Assembly (NCBI GenBank): GCA_015523325.1
Contig: WAKO01000015.1
Span: 9,812 to 73,811 of the forward strand
Direction of reading: 5' to 3'
Source of the DNA: Candidatus Micrarchaeota archaeon
GTDB taxonomy: Archaea > Micrarchaeota > Micrarchaeia > Anstonellales > J096
DNA: 64,000 nucleotides
Shown: positions 1-9,157 of the stretch, piece after piece
Layout: every line of letters begins with the position of its first letter
Position numbering within the stretch: position 1 is the first letter of the stretch
Program-made: the position numbers and the translations under genes
Notes under the pieces: generated by a model
Told to the model about the DNA's origin: nothing
What the model saw: the letters and a program-made list of their open reading frames with translations, nothing else
Databases searched by the model: none

Positions 1-99
1 GCAAAAATCCTAGGGGGGGAAGAGCTAGAAAAAGCAAAGAATGCTTTTGAGGAGGAAGAAGCTCAAGCAGAGAGTGGATTTGGAGAGATTTTTGGTTGA
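1..99 (+). CDS. 3' end of a ribosomal stalk protein gene (P1/L12e- or P0-type acidic tail), cut by the window edge
   Basis: Frame 1 reads AKILGGEELEKAKNAFEEEEAQAESGFGEIFG-stop (tga 97-99). An acidic run followed by GFGxxFG is the conserved C-terminal tail of archaeal/eukaryotic stalk proteins. Confidence 0.5.
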   Translation, partial: AKILGGEELEKAKNAFEEEEAQAESGFGEIFG

Positions 100-638
100 T
101 TAAACGGGAGAGTATGGAGAAGAGAGAAGAGAAAAAAGCTATAAGGAGTAGAGGGATTCCATCAAAGTTCTCTCTTTATTTGCCTCCTCACTACTCCAAA
201 GAGATTAGGGCTTTTGAAGCAAATGAAATAGCTACAAAAAATATATGGAGGGTTGAGGAGGTAATTAATTTTGTTTTTCCAAAAAAATACCAACCAACTT
301 ATCATGAGATTTCAGTAAAGTTCATAAAAGCGTTTGAAAGCAAGGGCTATTTCAGTGCAAAGGAAACTGCTGAATTCATAAAAAGAGAGGGAATTTCTAA
401 AGCAACATTCTATAATAGAGTTTTACCCCGCCTTAAAGCTGTAGGGATGGTCAAAGTTGAGAGAGAACCAACGCTTTCTGGCAAATCAAAAAAATATAAG
501 ATGAAAATAAGCTTAAGCAGGTCTTTTGGGAATTATATGAATAAGATAGGAGATAGTTGGTTAGCTTTTGTGGATGATGTTAGGAGTAGGGCTAAAGAAG
601 AAAATGAAGGGGTTAAAAGAGAGGTAGAAAGTGAATAA
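96..638 (+). CDS. Hypothetical protein with a probable winged-helix DNA-binding region
   Basis: 180 aa ORF whose track start is TTG; the first ATG is at 114. The segment SAKETAEFIKREGISKATFYNRVLPRLKAVGMVKVE looks like an HTH plus wing. No family recognised. Confidence 0.55.
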   Translation: MIKRESMEKREEKKAIRSRGIPSKFSLYLPPHYSKEIRAFEANEIATKNIWRVEEVINFVFPKKYQPTYHEISVKFIKAFESKGYFSAKETAEFIKREGISKATFYNRVLPRLKAVGMVKVEREPTLSGKSKKYKMKISLSRSFGNYMNKIGDSWLAFVDDVRSRAKEENEGVKREVESE

Positions 639-675
639 AAAATAAGGAAGAATAAGGAAAAGGATATCAAAAAAT

Positions 676-2130
676 TTACTTTGTTTTCTTTCTTATCTCT
701 TCCAACCTATTCAAGAACTCCTCCTTTTTATCCTCAAACCTCTCATTGTTTTTTTCCCTTAAGATCTTAACTAAGCTTCTACTCTCTCTAACAAGTAGTT
801 TTATTCTCTCTTTAGTTTCCTTTATTTTATTTTCAAGATCAGCCTCTTTAAGCTCAAACTCCTTTGCGCTTTCCTCTACTTCATTTGCCATCTTATCCAA
901 CTCATCAAGGTATTTGAGTAAAGCCTCTACTTCTGCAACCCTCCTCAATTCTAGAGCCTCTATCTCTGCCTTCTTTATTGATTCCTCCATCTCATCAACT
1001 AAGCTGTAGTATTTATCAATATATTGATCAACATAGGTTAATACTCCTTCTATTTCATTCAACTTTGCCTTTAGTTGCTCAATGTCCTTTTCCTTTCCTT
1101 CTATGTGTTCTTTAACTTTATTTACGCTCTCGCTTATTTTTGCTCTCTCCTTCCTTATCTCAACTATTCTTGCTTCATAATCTTCCAACAAAGAGGAGAG
1201 CTCTTTTAACTTTTCCTCTATCTCCTCCTTTCTTGAGATAAGCTCTTGTTCTTGCTTTTCAACTTCTTTTAGTTGTTCCTCCATATGCAGGAGGTCTTGC
1301 TTTTCTTTTTCTAGAGAGGATAAAGAAGAGGAGAGAACTTCTTCAATCTCTTTCTTATTTTTTAAAGACTCATTCCTAAACTTATCAAGCATTTCCTTTA
1401 GTTCTTCAACCAAAAAAGAAGATTCTTCTTTTACCTTTGCTATCTTCTCAAGTGTCTCTTCACTTAGCTCTCCGCTCTTCATTAAAGTCATTATCTGGTC
1501 TTTTAAAGAGAGAATATGCTCTTCTATTTCCAAAGTTTTATCAGTTATTTTATCAAAGGTAGTTGTTGCAATCCTATCCATCTTTTCCAATGTTTGGGAA
1601 TAAACCTTGCTCTTCTCTACCTCAAGCACTTCTAGCTTTGCCTTTAACTCATTTATCTCTTCCAATATTGATTCAAGCTTTTTCTTTGCCTCTAGAAGCT
1701 TAGCCTCTTTTTGAGAAGGTTTGCTTTTCTCTTTTTTCTTTGGTTTTTGAGGTTTTGTTAGAACAACTAATTTTTTCTTCTTTGTTTTCTTGTCAATCTC
1801 TCCTTTAGCAGCAATGATCTTCTCTTTCTTTTTTGCCTCTTTTTGTTCTTTTTCCTTTGGTTTCTCACTAACAACTGCTTTAGAGGTTGTAGGAGACTCA
1901 AGGGATTCAAGACCCTCTGGAACATCCAAAAGCCAAACAGCATAAACCTTGGTTAACCTATACTCAAGCTTTACATAGCCCTCTTCTTCCAAAGTATGAA
2001 GCCAACTTTTTAGAGTTTCTAGAGGAACCTTGCTCCTCTTTGCTAGCTCATTTATTTCCATTCTCTTTTCTTTTGAGAGTATTGAAATAACCCTATCTAT
2101 ATCAGTATTTATTAGTGCGTCCTCAACCAT
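676..2130 (-). CDS. wHTH-like N-terminal domain fused to a long Lys/Glu-rich coiled coil
   Basis: 484 aa. The N-terminus (RMEINELAKRSKVPLETLKSWLHTLEEEGYVKLEY) is wHTH-like, and the remaining ~380 aa is heptad-like and KE-rich. Confidence 0.7.
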   Translation of the reverse strand: MVEDALINTDIDRVISILSKEKRMEINELAKRSKVPLETLKSWLHTLEEEGYVKLEYRLTKVYAVWLLDVPEGLESLESPTTSKAVVSEKPKEKEQKEAKKKEKIIAAKGEIDKKTKKKKLVVLTKPQKPKKKEKSKPSQKEAKLLEAKKKLESILEEINELKAKLEVLEVEKSKVYSQTLEKMDRIATTTFDKITDKTLEIEEHILSLKDQIMTLMKSGELSEETLEKIAKVKEESSFLVEELKEMLDKFRNESLKNKKEIEEVLSSSLSSLEKEKQDLLHMEEQLKEVEKQEQELISRKEEIEEKLKELSSLLEDYEARIVEIRKERAKISESVNKVKEHIEGKEKDIEQLKAKLNEIEGVLTYVDQYIDKYYSLVDEMEESIKKAEIEALELRRVAEVEALLKYLDELDKMANEVEESAKEFELKEADLENKIKETKERIKLLVRESRSLVKILREKNNERFEDKKEEFLNRLEEIRKKTK

Positions 2131-2216
2131 ATTTTCAAACCCAATTTAAAACCTTGCTTATAGCAACCAACGTTAGGGAACACCTCCAATTCAACTTCAA
2201 ATTCAACTCTCTAATT

Positions 2217-2741
2217 TTACTTTAGCTCTTCTCTTACAACCTTAAAGCTTCCTGAGAGCTTTCTTGCAGCTCTTTTCATTGCTTCTCTAACCTCTTGCTC
2301 ATTTGAGGAGAAAGTGTAAACGCTAAACATTTTTTGGCCTTCCCTAACCAAAGCAGCGACATGAGTTGGTTTTCCAAAAGCCCTCCTCATCCCTTGTTGA
2401 ATTCTATCAGCTCCAGAACCAGCAACCATCCTGTTTTCTCTTATAACGTGATGGGGATAAACATTTATTACAAAATAATATTTTCCAGAAAGTCTTTTTT
2501 CCAAATAACCATTCATAGCCCTTCTTGCTGCTTCTAGAGCATTATCTCGATGGTAGAAAGTGTCTTGTGGTATTAGGTGGAAAACAGTATCAAAGTCCTC
2601 GCTCCATTTACCCATTCTGAAGTTTGTTAAATGCCTGTGAGGCATTGCTTTTATGAAGTTTTTGTTTTGCTTCTTCCTACTATACCTAGTCCAAGGAACC
2701 TTATCAGGATCTCTAAAGGTTCTAGCAGGTCTTATTCCCAT
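2217..2741 (-). CDS. rpl10e: 50S ribosomal protein L10e (uL16)
   Basis: 174 aa starting MGIRPARTFRD, with the motif GADRIQQGMRRAFGKP typical of L10e/uL16. Confidence 0.93.
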   Translation of the reverse strand: MGIRPARTFRDPDKVPWTRYSRKKQNKNFIKAMPHRHLTNFRMGKWSEDFDTVFHLIPQDTFYHRDNALEAARRAMNGYLEKRLSGKYYFVINVYPHHVIRENRMVAGSGADRIQQGMRRAFGKPTHVAALVREGQKMFSVYTFSSNEQEVREAMKRAARKLSGSFKVVREELK

Positions 2742-2933
2742 AAAATCAACCTCGTTTTACTTAATTTTTACCCTCTTATCTAATTAAAGCTAATTTTCTC
2801 TAGCTATTTGAGTATAAACATTTAAAAGACTTCTTTTTTTAAATGTTGCTAAAGAATTAGCTTGCTTCTTTGGAAAAATAAACTTCTATAAGCTTTAAAT
2901 AGGTTTTCAAACAGAAGTAAGAATTAAGCTAAA

Positions 2934-3006
2934 GCTCCTGTCGTCTAGTGGACAAGGATGCGGGCCTTTCGAGCCTGAGACCCGGGTTCGAATCCCGGCA
3001 GGAGCG
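2934..3006 (+). tRNA. tRNA-Glu (anticodon UUC), CCA not encoded
   Basis: Hand-folded cloverleaf: acceptor gctcctg/caggagc, anticodon stem cgggc/gcctg with loop cTTTCga (anticodon TTC), T arm ccggg-ttcgaat-cccgg. It is GC-rich in an AT-rich context. Confidence 0.9.
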
Positions 3007-3037
3007 CTTTTTGTGCTTTTTACCTTGGAGAGAAAAA

Positions 3038-3949
3038 ATGAGAGAAGAGGAAAAAGAAGAGAAGCTAGAGGATTTCAGGATTGCTGGAGAAATAGCCAGG
3101 AAAATAAAAAAAGAGCTTAAATCTGTTGTGGAGGGAGAAAAGCTAATAGTTGAGATTGCTGAATATATAGAGAGAAGAATAAGGGAAGAAGGCGCAAAGC
3201 CTGCTTTTCCTGTTAATATAAGTATTAATGAGATAGCTGCTCATTACACTCCTAAAGAAAATGATGAAATAAGGGCTAGAGAAGAGGATTTGATTAAGAT
3301 AGATTTTGGTGTGGCTTATGGAGAGGGAATTAGTGATACAGCAGTATCAATAAATATCTCAAAAAAGTATGAAGAATTAATAAAGGCTGGAGAGCTAGCT
3401 TTGGAAAATGCGCTAAAATCAATGAGAGCGGGAGTGGGAAATGGAGAAATAGCTAAGGTTATTGAGGAAACAATAAAAGAGGAAGGATTTAAGCCAATAG
3501 CAAACTTAAGTGGCCATAAAATTAAGAGTGGAGAATTGCATGCAGGAATTGATGTTCCAAATGTTGAGATAAAAAATACTTATTACTTTAAGGAAGGAGA
3601 TGTTTTTGCTATTGAGCCTTTTCTAACTACAAAGGAAGGAGCAGGATATGTTGTGGATAGGGAGGAGGTAGAGATTTATTCAATTAACAATAAAGGGAGC
3701 CTCCGCCTTAGAGAGGCTAGGAAAATATTTGAGTATGCTAAGAAAGAATTCTCTTCTCTCCCATTTGCCGAGAGATGGATAACTAAAAAGTTTGGAAATA
3801 GCCTAATGGTTAGAATGGCTTTGAAGGAGCTGTTAAAAACAAAGAGTTTCAAAGCCTATCCTGTGCTGGTTGAAAAAAATGGAGAGGTTGTTGCGCAAGC
3901 AGAACACACAGTAATAATTAAGGAGAATGGAGTGGAAGTAATAACTTAA
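3038..3949 (+). CDS. map: Methionine aminopeptidase, type 2 (archaeal)
   Basis: Motifs AAHYTP, DFGVAYGEGISDTA, SGHKI..GELHAG, FAIEPF and AQAEHTV. The track ORF starts at 2948 inside the tRNA; the ATG at 3038 (MREEEKEE) is the plausible start. Confidence 0.9.
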   Translation: MREEEKEEKLEDFRIAGEIARKIKKELKSVVEGEKLIVEIAEYIERRIREEGAKPAFPVNISINEIAAHYTPKENDEIRAREEDLIKIDFGVAYGEGISDTAVSINISKKYEELIKAGELALENALKSMRAGVGNGEIAKVIEETIKEEGFKPIANLSGHKIKSGELHAGIDVPNVEIKNTYYFKEGDVFAIEPFLTTKEGAGYVVDREEVEIYSINNKGSLRLREARKIFEYAKKEFSSLPFAERWITKKFGNSLMVRMALKELLKTKSFKAYPVLVEKNGEVVAQAEHTVIIKENGVEVIT

Positions 3950-4020
3950 TTCCTATACATACACAAACATTTTTAAACACTTTTATACATATAAATAACT
4001 AAAATCGGGGGTAAGGTAAA

Positions 4021-4709
4021 ATGAAAAATTTGTTTAAGAAATTAAAATTTAAAAAAAAAGAGAAGAAAAACCTAAGGAGCTAGAGAAGTTTAAATATAGG
4101 GAAGATGAAATTAGAGAAAAATTTCAGGAATTACCTAATTTTTATGAATCTGTAAGAGCTAGAATACTAAGCGATTATATGAAAGACATAGATGCTCTAA
4201 AACCTTCTATTTTAGAATTAGCAAGACGTGGAGGCCATCAAAAGATTGTGGCTCTTTTAGAATTTGCAAGAAAGGAAATGAGAATAAACCCTAGTTATTT
4301 ATTATACTTTGCCAGAGATGAAGAAGGAAGAAGTGCTCTTCACTTAGCTGTTCTCTATAATAATGTGAAAACATTGGAAAATTTGCTTAAGTACTTGAAT
4401 GAAGGAGAGCTAAGGATAATACAATTTAGGGACAATGAAGGGAAAACCCCTGTAGATTACTTAACTGCAACTAATTATATAAAATACAACATATCTCCAG
4501 AAATAATTGACATGCTAGCAAAATATGGTGAATTACATTACAGTAGTAATATGGAAAAAAGTGAGGAACTAATAGAAAATAACAGAAAGCCACAGATGGA
4601 AGTAGGGAGAAGAGAAAAAACAGCACAACAGGAATTATTAAATTACCATTTTAGAATTAAGAGTGAAATTACAATAAATGGAAAACTACCATCCCACTGG
4701 TATGTGTAG
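4021..4709 (+). CDS. Ankyrin-repeat protein; the uninterrupted ORF runs only from 4179, and an upstream ATG at 4021 joins it only through a -1 shift at the A9 run 4051-4059
   Basis: Ankyrin-like repeats (GRSALHLAVLYNNVKTLENLL; DNEGKTPVDYL). ATG 4021 has an SD-like gggggtaaggt and TATA-like boxes upstream. Its frame stops at 4081-4083. The downstream frame is open from 4053. Confidence 0.6.
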
Positions 4710-4821
4710 GATTATTAACCACTTTCACAATCTCTTTTAATTTTTCTCAATTTTCCTTATTTTACTTTCTATTTCCTCTTTTCAAAACCTTTTAGAGATT
4801 CTCTGAGAAGAAAAATAGAGA

Positions 4822-6249
4822 TTACCATCTAAACATAAAATCATGGGGTTTGCTTTCTTTTAGAGAGGCTTGGGTTATTTTTATGAAATCTCCATTCCCT
4901 ATTAGCTCTTCAACACTCATAAAACCAGCATAGGAAACTCCACTCCTTAAGCCATCTACAAGCATTTTTATTACTTCTCTAACACTTCCCTTATATTCAA
5001 CAACTCCTTCCACTCCTTCCTCATTATAATCAAAGTATTCTGAAACCTCTTTTCCTTCTTTAAGAGCTCTTTCTAAATTGGCTAGGGAGGAAGCCATTCC
5101 TCTATAAACTTTGTATTTTTTTGAGCCCTTCCTTATTATTGGGCCTGGGCTCTCTTCAGTTCCTGCAAAAAGAGATCCAAACATGCAAGTGCTAGCCCCT
5201 GCAGCAATTGCTTTAACAAAATCTCCAGAAGTTCTCAACCCTCCATCAGCCATTATTGGGATGTTATGTTGTTTTGCAACCTCAAAGCAATCAAGGATTG
5301 CGGTTAGTTGGGGCACTCCAAATCCAGTAACAATTCTAGTTGTGCAAGCAGCTCCCGGGCCAATTCCAACCTTAACACAATCTGCTCCAGCACTTATTAA
5401 ATCTTCTGTTCCCTCTTTAGTAGCAACATTGCCAGCAATAATCTCTATATCAAATTCTTTCTTTATCTCTTTTATTGCTTTTATGGCGTGATCGCTATGG
5501 CCATGGGCAATATCAACAACAATAACATCAACTCCAACTTCTATCAGTTTTTTTGTCCTCTCTAAGTGGTCTTTAACTCCAACAGCACAACCAACTAGGA
5601 GTTTTCCTTCTTTGTCTTTTGAGGAAGGATAGGAAAGTCTAGCTAAATCTTTAGCTGTTATTAATCCAATCAACTCGAAATCTTTGTTTACAAGAGGTAA
5701 CTTCTCCACTCCATTCTTTATCATTACTCTTTTAGCTTCCTCCAAATCAAGTTCTTTTAAACTCTCTAAGGAGAGAACTACCAACTCCTTTTTAGGAGTC
5801 ATGAGAGAAGAAACCCTTTCCTCTAAATCCTCAACAAATACAAAATCTCTCCTAGTTATTATTCCAACTAGCTTTTTTCCCTCTACAACAGGAAAGCTTT
5901 GAACATTGTGGGTCTTAACTAAACGAAGTAATTCTCTTAAAGTAGTTTCTGGAGAGACCACATATGGTTTTTCTATTACTATATTCTCAGCTCTTTTTAC
6001 TTTTTCAACCTCTTGTATTTGCCTTTCCAGAGGCATAAACCTATGAATTATTCCTATTCCTCCTTCTCTTGCAAGAGCTATTGCCATTTTGTGCTCTGTT
6101 ACAGTATCCATATTAGAAGAAACAACAGGAATGTTAAGCTTTATTTTTTTAGTTAACCTTGTTTCTGTTTTAACTTCTTTACGAGAAGAAACAACCCCTT
6201 TTTTTGGAACTAACAAAACATCATCAAATGTTAAAGCTTCCCTAAACAT
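4822..6249 (-). CDS. guaB: Inosine-5'-monophosphate dehydrogenase
   Basis: 475 aa. N-terminus [11 protein letters not shown], an inserted CBS pair, catalytic loop [12 protein letters not shown], and GGLRTSGD. Confidence 0.93.
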   Translation of the reverse strand: MFREALTFDDVLLVPKKGVVSSRKEVKTETRLTKKIKLNIPVVSSNMDTVTEHKMAIALAREGGIGIIHRFMPLERQIQEVEKVKRAENIVIEKPYVVSPETTLRELLRLVKTHNVQSFPVVEGKKLVGIITRRDFVFVEDLEERVSSLMTPKKELVVLSLESLKELDLEEAKRVMIKNGVEKLPLVNKDFELIGLITAKDLARLSYPSSKDKEGKLLVGCAVGVKDHLERTKKLIEVGVDVIVVDIAHGHSDHAIKAIKEIKKEFDIEIIAGNVATKEGTEDLISAGADCVKVGIGPGAACTTRIVTGFGVPQLTAILDCFEVAKQHNIPIMADGGLRTSGDFVKAIAAGASTCMFGSLFAGTEESPGPIIRKGSKKYKVYRGMASSLANLERALKEGKEVSEYFDYNEEGVEGVVEYKGSVREVIKMLVDGLRSGVSYAGFMSVEELIGNGDFIKITQASLKESKPHDFMFRW

Positions 6250-6250
6250 C

Positions 6251-6886
6251 CTAATCCTCCCTAGCCTTAGAATTATTTGAAATGTTTATGGAAATACTTG
6301 AATTTAAAGGTAAAGAAGTACTTTCTTCAATCAAAGGGTTTTGCTCCTCTTGAAGAGAGGAAATCCTACAATCATCCTCTCTAAGTGTTTCCCCTACTTT
6401 CATTACAAGCATATTATTGTAGGTTTCAATTCCCTTTCCATCATCTTTCTCTAAATAAAAGACAAAGCAACCCTTCTCCTTTATTTGATTAAGGCATTCT
6501 TTTAGAGAGGTGTTTCCTCCTTCATAATAACACAACTCTCCTTCTAAAGAATATGCAAACACTTCTTTCCCAAAAAGAGGGGCTGTAGATGCTAGATTAA
6601 CCCCACAATTAAATATATTTCTCCTATAAGGGTCTCTAACATTATCAACATTCTCAACAATACAAATTGAAGGAGAAACGCTTAACCTTTCAAAAGCCTC
6701 CACAAACCCTGCTTTTTCACTAGCTAAGTTTTCCTTAAAGTTTTCTATAGAAACTGTTTGGAAAAGATTTGTATAAATCAAAAATCCTGCTATAAATGTT
6801 AAAGAAATTGTGACCATCCATTTTATTGTTTCCTCATCAAACAAACTTTCTTTTTTTGATTGCTCCTCTTTTTTTTCATCCTGCAT
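6251..6886 (-). CDS. Membrane-anchored Cys-containing hypothetical protein
   Basis: 211 aa with a single N-terminal TM (WMVTISLTFIAGFLIYTNLF) and a Cys-containing extracytoplasmic part. Its stop lies 1 nt from the guaB start. Confidence 0.6.
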   Translation of the reverse strand: MQDEKKEEQSKKESLFDEETIKWMVTISLTFIAGFLIYTNLFQTVSIENFKENLASEKAGFVEAFERLSVSPSICIVENVDNVRDPYRRNIFNCGVNLASTAPLFGKEVFAYSLEGELCYYEGGNTSLKECLNQIKEKGCFVFYLEKDDGKGIETYNNMLVMKVGETLREDDCRISSLQEEQNPLIEESTSLPLNSSISINISNNSKARED

Positions 6887-6938
6887 ACTTATCCCTAGCT
6901 TTTATATTTATCCAAAATTTTAGGGAACTTAGTTTAAC

Positions 6939-8981
6939 CTATATAACTGATGAAACAACACATTTTTTAAAGTCTTCTTCAGAGCCAATGAAGTAAAACC
7001 TTAAGAATCCTAGTTCTTCTCCTTTAAAGGAAAGCTCAGTCCCACTCTTTAAAATTATGAGAGGGGTTGGCTCATTTAAGCAATAGGTTTCTTCCTCTTC
7101 ATTAACACAAAGACCATTAACCAAATCATAAAGCTTAACCACTTTACCCCTTCTCTCTAAGGAATCAGTAATTTCATTAGCACAAGCTATTCTTTCCTTC
7201 AAAAATGAGAGGGAGCTCTTATCTATTGCTATTCTAACTTCTCCATTTGAGATTATCTTTTGCAAAACAACTTCTGGATTTGAAGTAACAAGAGAGTTCT
7301 TTATTAGGAAATAGGAGAGCAATCCAGCCACTATAAATATTAATCCAATCATTAATACCAATCCAAAATAAACGAATTTGAAGTAGCCCTTGCTTAAGGA
7401 TATTCCAAGAATTTCTTTTTTCTTAGAGTAAACAAATAAAGCTAGGAAGAAAACAATGGAAAAGATGAATAGGCTTAGCAAAACTGAAGTTATTAATGGA
7501 ACAGTTTGAGGTTCTAAAGCTTCAATTCCAAAAGCTGAGAGGGTTGTTGTTATTCCATTAGAGAAAGGAATCATCCAGCCTTTTGTGAGTGATGTTAGAA
7601 TAGCTCCAATGCTTTGCTCTCTTCTAGCTTTTTCCCTCATCACCACTTCTAAAAAGCCAGAATAGGCCTCTCCAAATTCACTTAATTGGGAGAGAGGGAC
7701 TCCTTTTTCAAAAGCAACATCAACTTGCTTTTTATCAACAAGCAAATCCTCAAAACCATCTTCTCCTAAAACCTCTATATAGAATTCAACCCTCTCTTTT
7801 ATTTTTTCAACTTCTTTATATCTCTCATTGTTTTGTATTGCCAATTCATAGGAAGAAGTGAGAAGCTTATTGAATTCTGTGAGTCTTTCACTTATATTTG
7901 TGAAATTATAAGAGTAGAGAGTATCATTTAAGCTTAAGAACAACTCCTCCAGCCTTTCAATTGAGTTTGAAAGATTTGTTCCTTTTACTTTGTTATCAAC
8001 TTCTTTAATAAAATCTATTTTTTCATAATAGGAAGTTAGAGCTTTTTCTATGCTTGGGGCAAAAACCTTTTCTAGCTCTTTACCCTCTTTGAAATTTACT
8101 CTTCTTTGGGTTTCCTCTATAAGAGTTTCAATCTTTTGGTTCAAATTTCTTATTTGGTCAACCCTATTTAAGGCAGCATTAATTTTATCTGAAAGAGATT
8201 GTATTGCGGAGGAGTTGTAGAGGACAGGAGGGCAAATTCCAAAGCACTCTCCACATTCTCCTGAACCTCCAATTGGAACTCTAAACTTTGAGTTTTCTAG
8301 CACCTCCCTATTATCATCCAAATCATCTAGTAATTCAACCATCTCATTTAGCTTTTCTTCAGCATTTTCAAAAGAAAGCTCCTCCAAAGAAGAGAGGAGA
8401 GAATTAATTAAATCATCATTCTCATAGCTTGCAACAAAAAAGGATTTTATATCGTCATAAATATCTTCTGGAGCTCCACAACCAATAGCTTGACCAAATT
8501 TGGAGCAGGTTGCTACTGAGTAAAAGTAATAAAGATCATTGTTATAAACTTCTTGCCAATTTGAAGGTTTGTTATACCTTTCTCCTAAAATGCCTCTACA
8601 AGTAAGCTCTTCATATCCTTCAAATTTATCTCCATTGTTTCTACTTGCATTTATTTCCAAAATTAATTCCCTCATATCATTTATTTCCTCTTCAGTTAGG
8701 AAGTAAGTTTCCTTTAAATAAAAAGAGAGGGCTTCCCTAATTTGATTTGGATCTTCAACAACTTTTCCCCTTAATGTTAGTAAAATCCAGCTATCATTTA
8801 AAGTATAAACAGTGTAGTTATCAAATCCATACAAGAAGCTAAAGCTATCTGTATTAACAGCTTTCTCTCCCGGGAGGAGGTATTTATTAATAACAAAAGA
8901 GTTTAGAGGTTGGATTAGAAATAGAAATAATAGGATTAAAGCAAAGCTCTTGCTCGGAGAGGGAAACTTTTCCATATTCAA
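6939..8981 (-). CDS. Large membrane protein: signal peptide, ~470 aa ectodomain, TM bundle, C-terminal Cys-containing domain
   Basis: 680 aa. Signal peptide-like N-terminus (FALILLFLFLIQPLNS), Cys cluster GSGECGECFGICPP, and several hydrophobic helices around residues 470-570. Confidence 0.7.
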   Translation of the reverse strand: MNMEKFPSPSKSFALILLFLFLIQPLNSFVINKYLLPGEKAVNTDSFSFLYGFDNYTVYTLNDSWILLTLRGKVVEDPNQIREALSFYLKETYFLTEEEINDMRELILEINASRNNGDKFEGYEELTCRGILGERYNKPSNWQEVYNNDLYYFYSVATCSKFGQAIGCGAPEDIYDDIKSFFVASYENDDLINSLLSSLEELSFENAEEKLNEMVELLDDLDDNREVLENSKFRVPIGGSGECGECFGICPPVLYNSSAIQSLSDKINAALNRVDQIRNLNQKIETLIEETQRRVNFKEGKELEKVFAPSIEKALTSYYEKIDFIKEVDNKVKGTNLSNSIERLEELFLSLNDTLYSYNFTNISERLTEFNKLLTSSYELAIQNNERYKEVEKIKERVEFYIEVLGEDGFEDLLVDKKQVDVAFEKGVPLSQLSEFGEAYSGFLEVVMREKARREQSIGAILTSLTKGWMIPFSNGITTTLSAFGIEALEPQTVPLITSVLLSLFIFSIVFFLALFVYSKKKEILGISLSKGYFKFVYFGLVLMIGLIFIVAGLLSYFLIKNSLVTSNPEVVLQKIISNGEVRIAIDKSSLSFLKERIACANEITDSLERRGKVVKLYDLVNGLCVNEEEETYCLNEPTPLIILKSGTELSFKGEELGFLRFYFIGSEEDFKKCVVSSVI

Positions 8982-9047
8982 GTGTTGTAGCCAACATTTA
9001 AAAACTTTATTTGGTTGCTAAGAATAAAATTAAGGCATAAAAGCCAT

Positions 9048-9120
9048 GCCTCGGTAGCTCAGTAGGTAGAGCGCGTGCTTGGTAAGCACGAGGTCGCGGG
9101 TTCAAGTCCCGCCCGAGGCT
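9048..9120 (+). tRNA. tRNA-Thr (anticodon GGU), CCA not encoded
   Basis: Perfect hand-folded cloverleaf: gcctcgg-ta-gctc-agtaggta-gagc-g-cgtgc-ttGGTaa-gcacg-aggtc-gcggg-ttcaagt-cccgc-ccgaggc-t. Confidence 0.93.
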
Positions 9121-9157
9121 CTTCTAAATTCTTAACCTGTTATCCCATGTTTTTAAC

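Noticed and set aside
2948-3037. N-terminal extension of the MetAP ORF (MDKDAGLSSLRPGFESRQERF...)
   Set aside because: This segment is a translation of tRNA-Glu. The real start is ATG 3038.
9048-9120. tRNA-Thr as the boundary of an integrated island carrying the surface-protein genes
   Set aside because: I found no integrase and no direct repeat of the tRNA 3' end elsewhere in the window, and composition on both sides looks the same.
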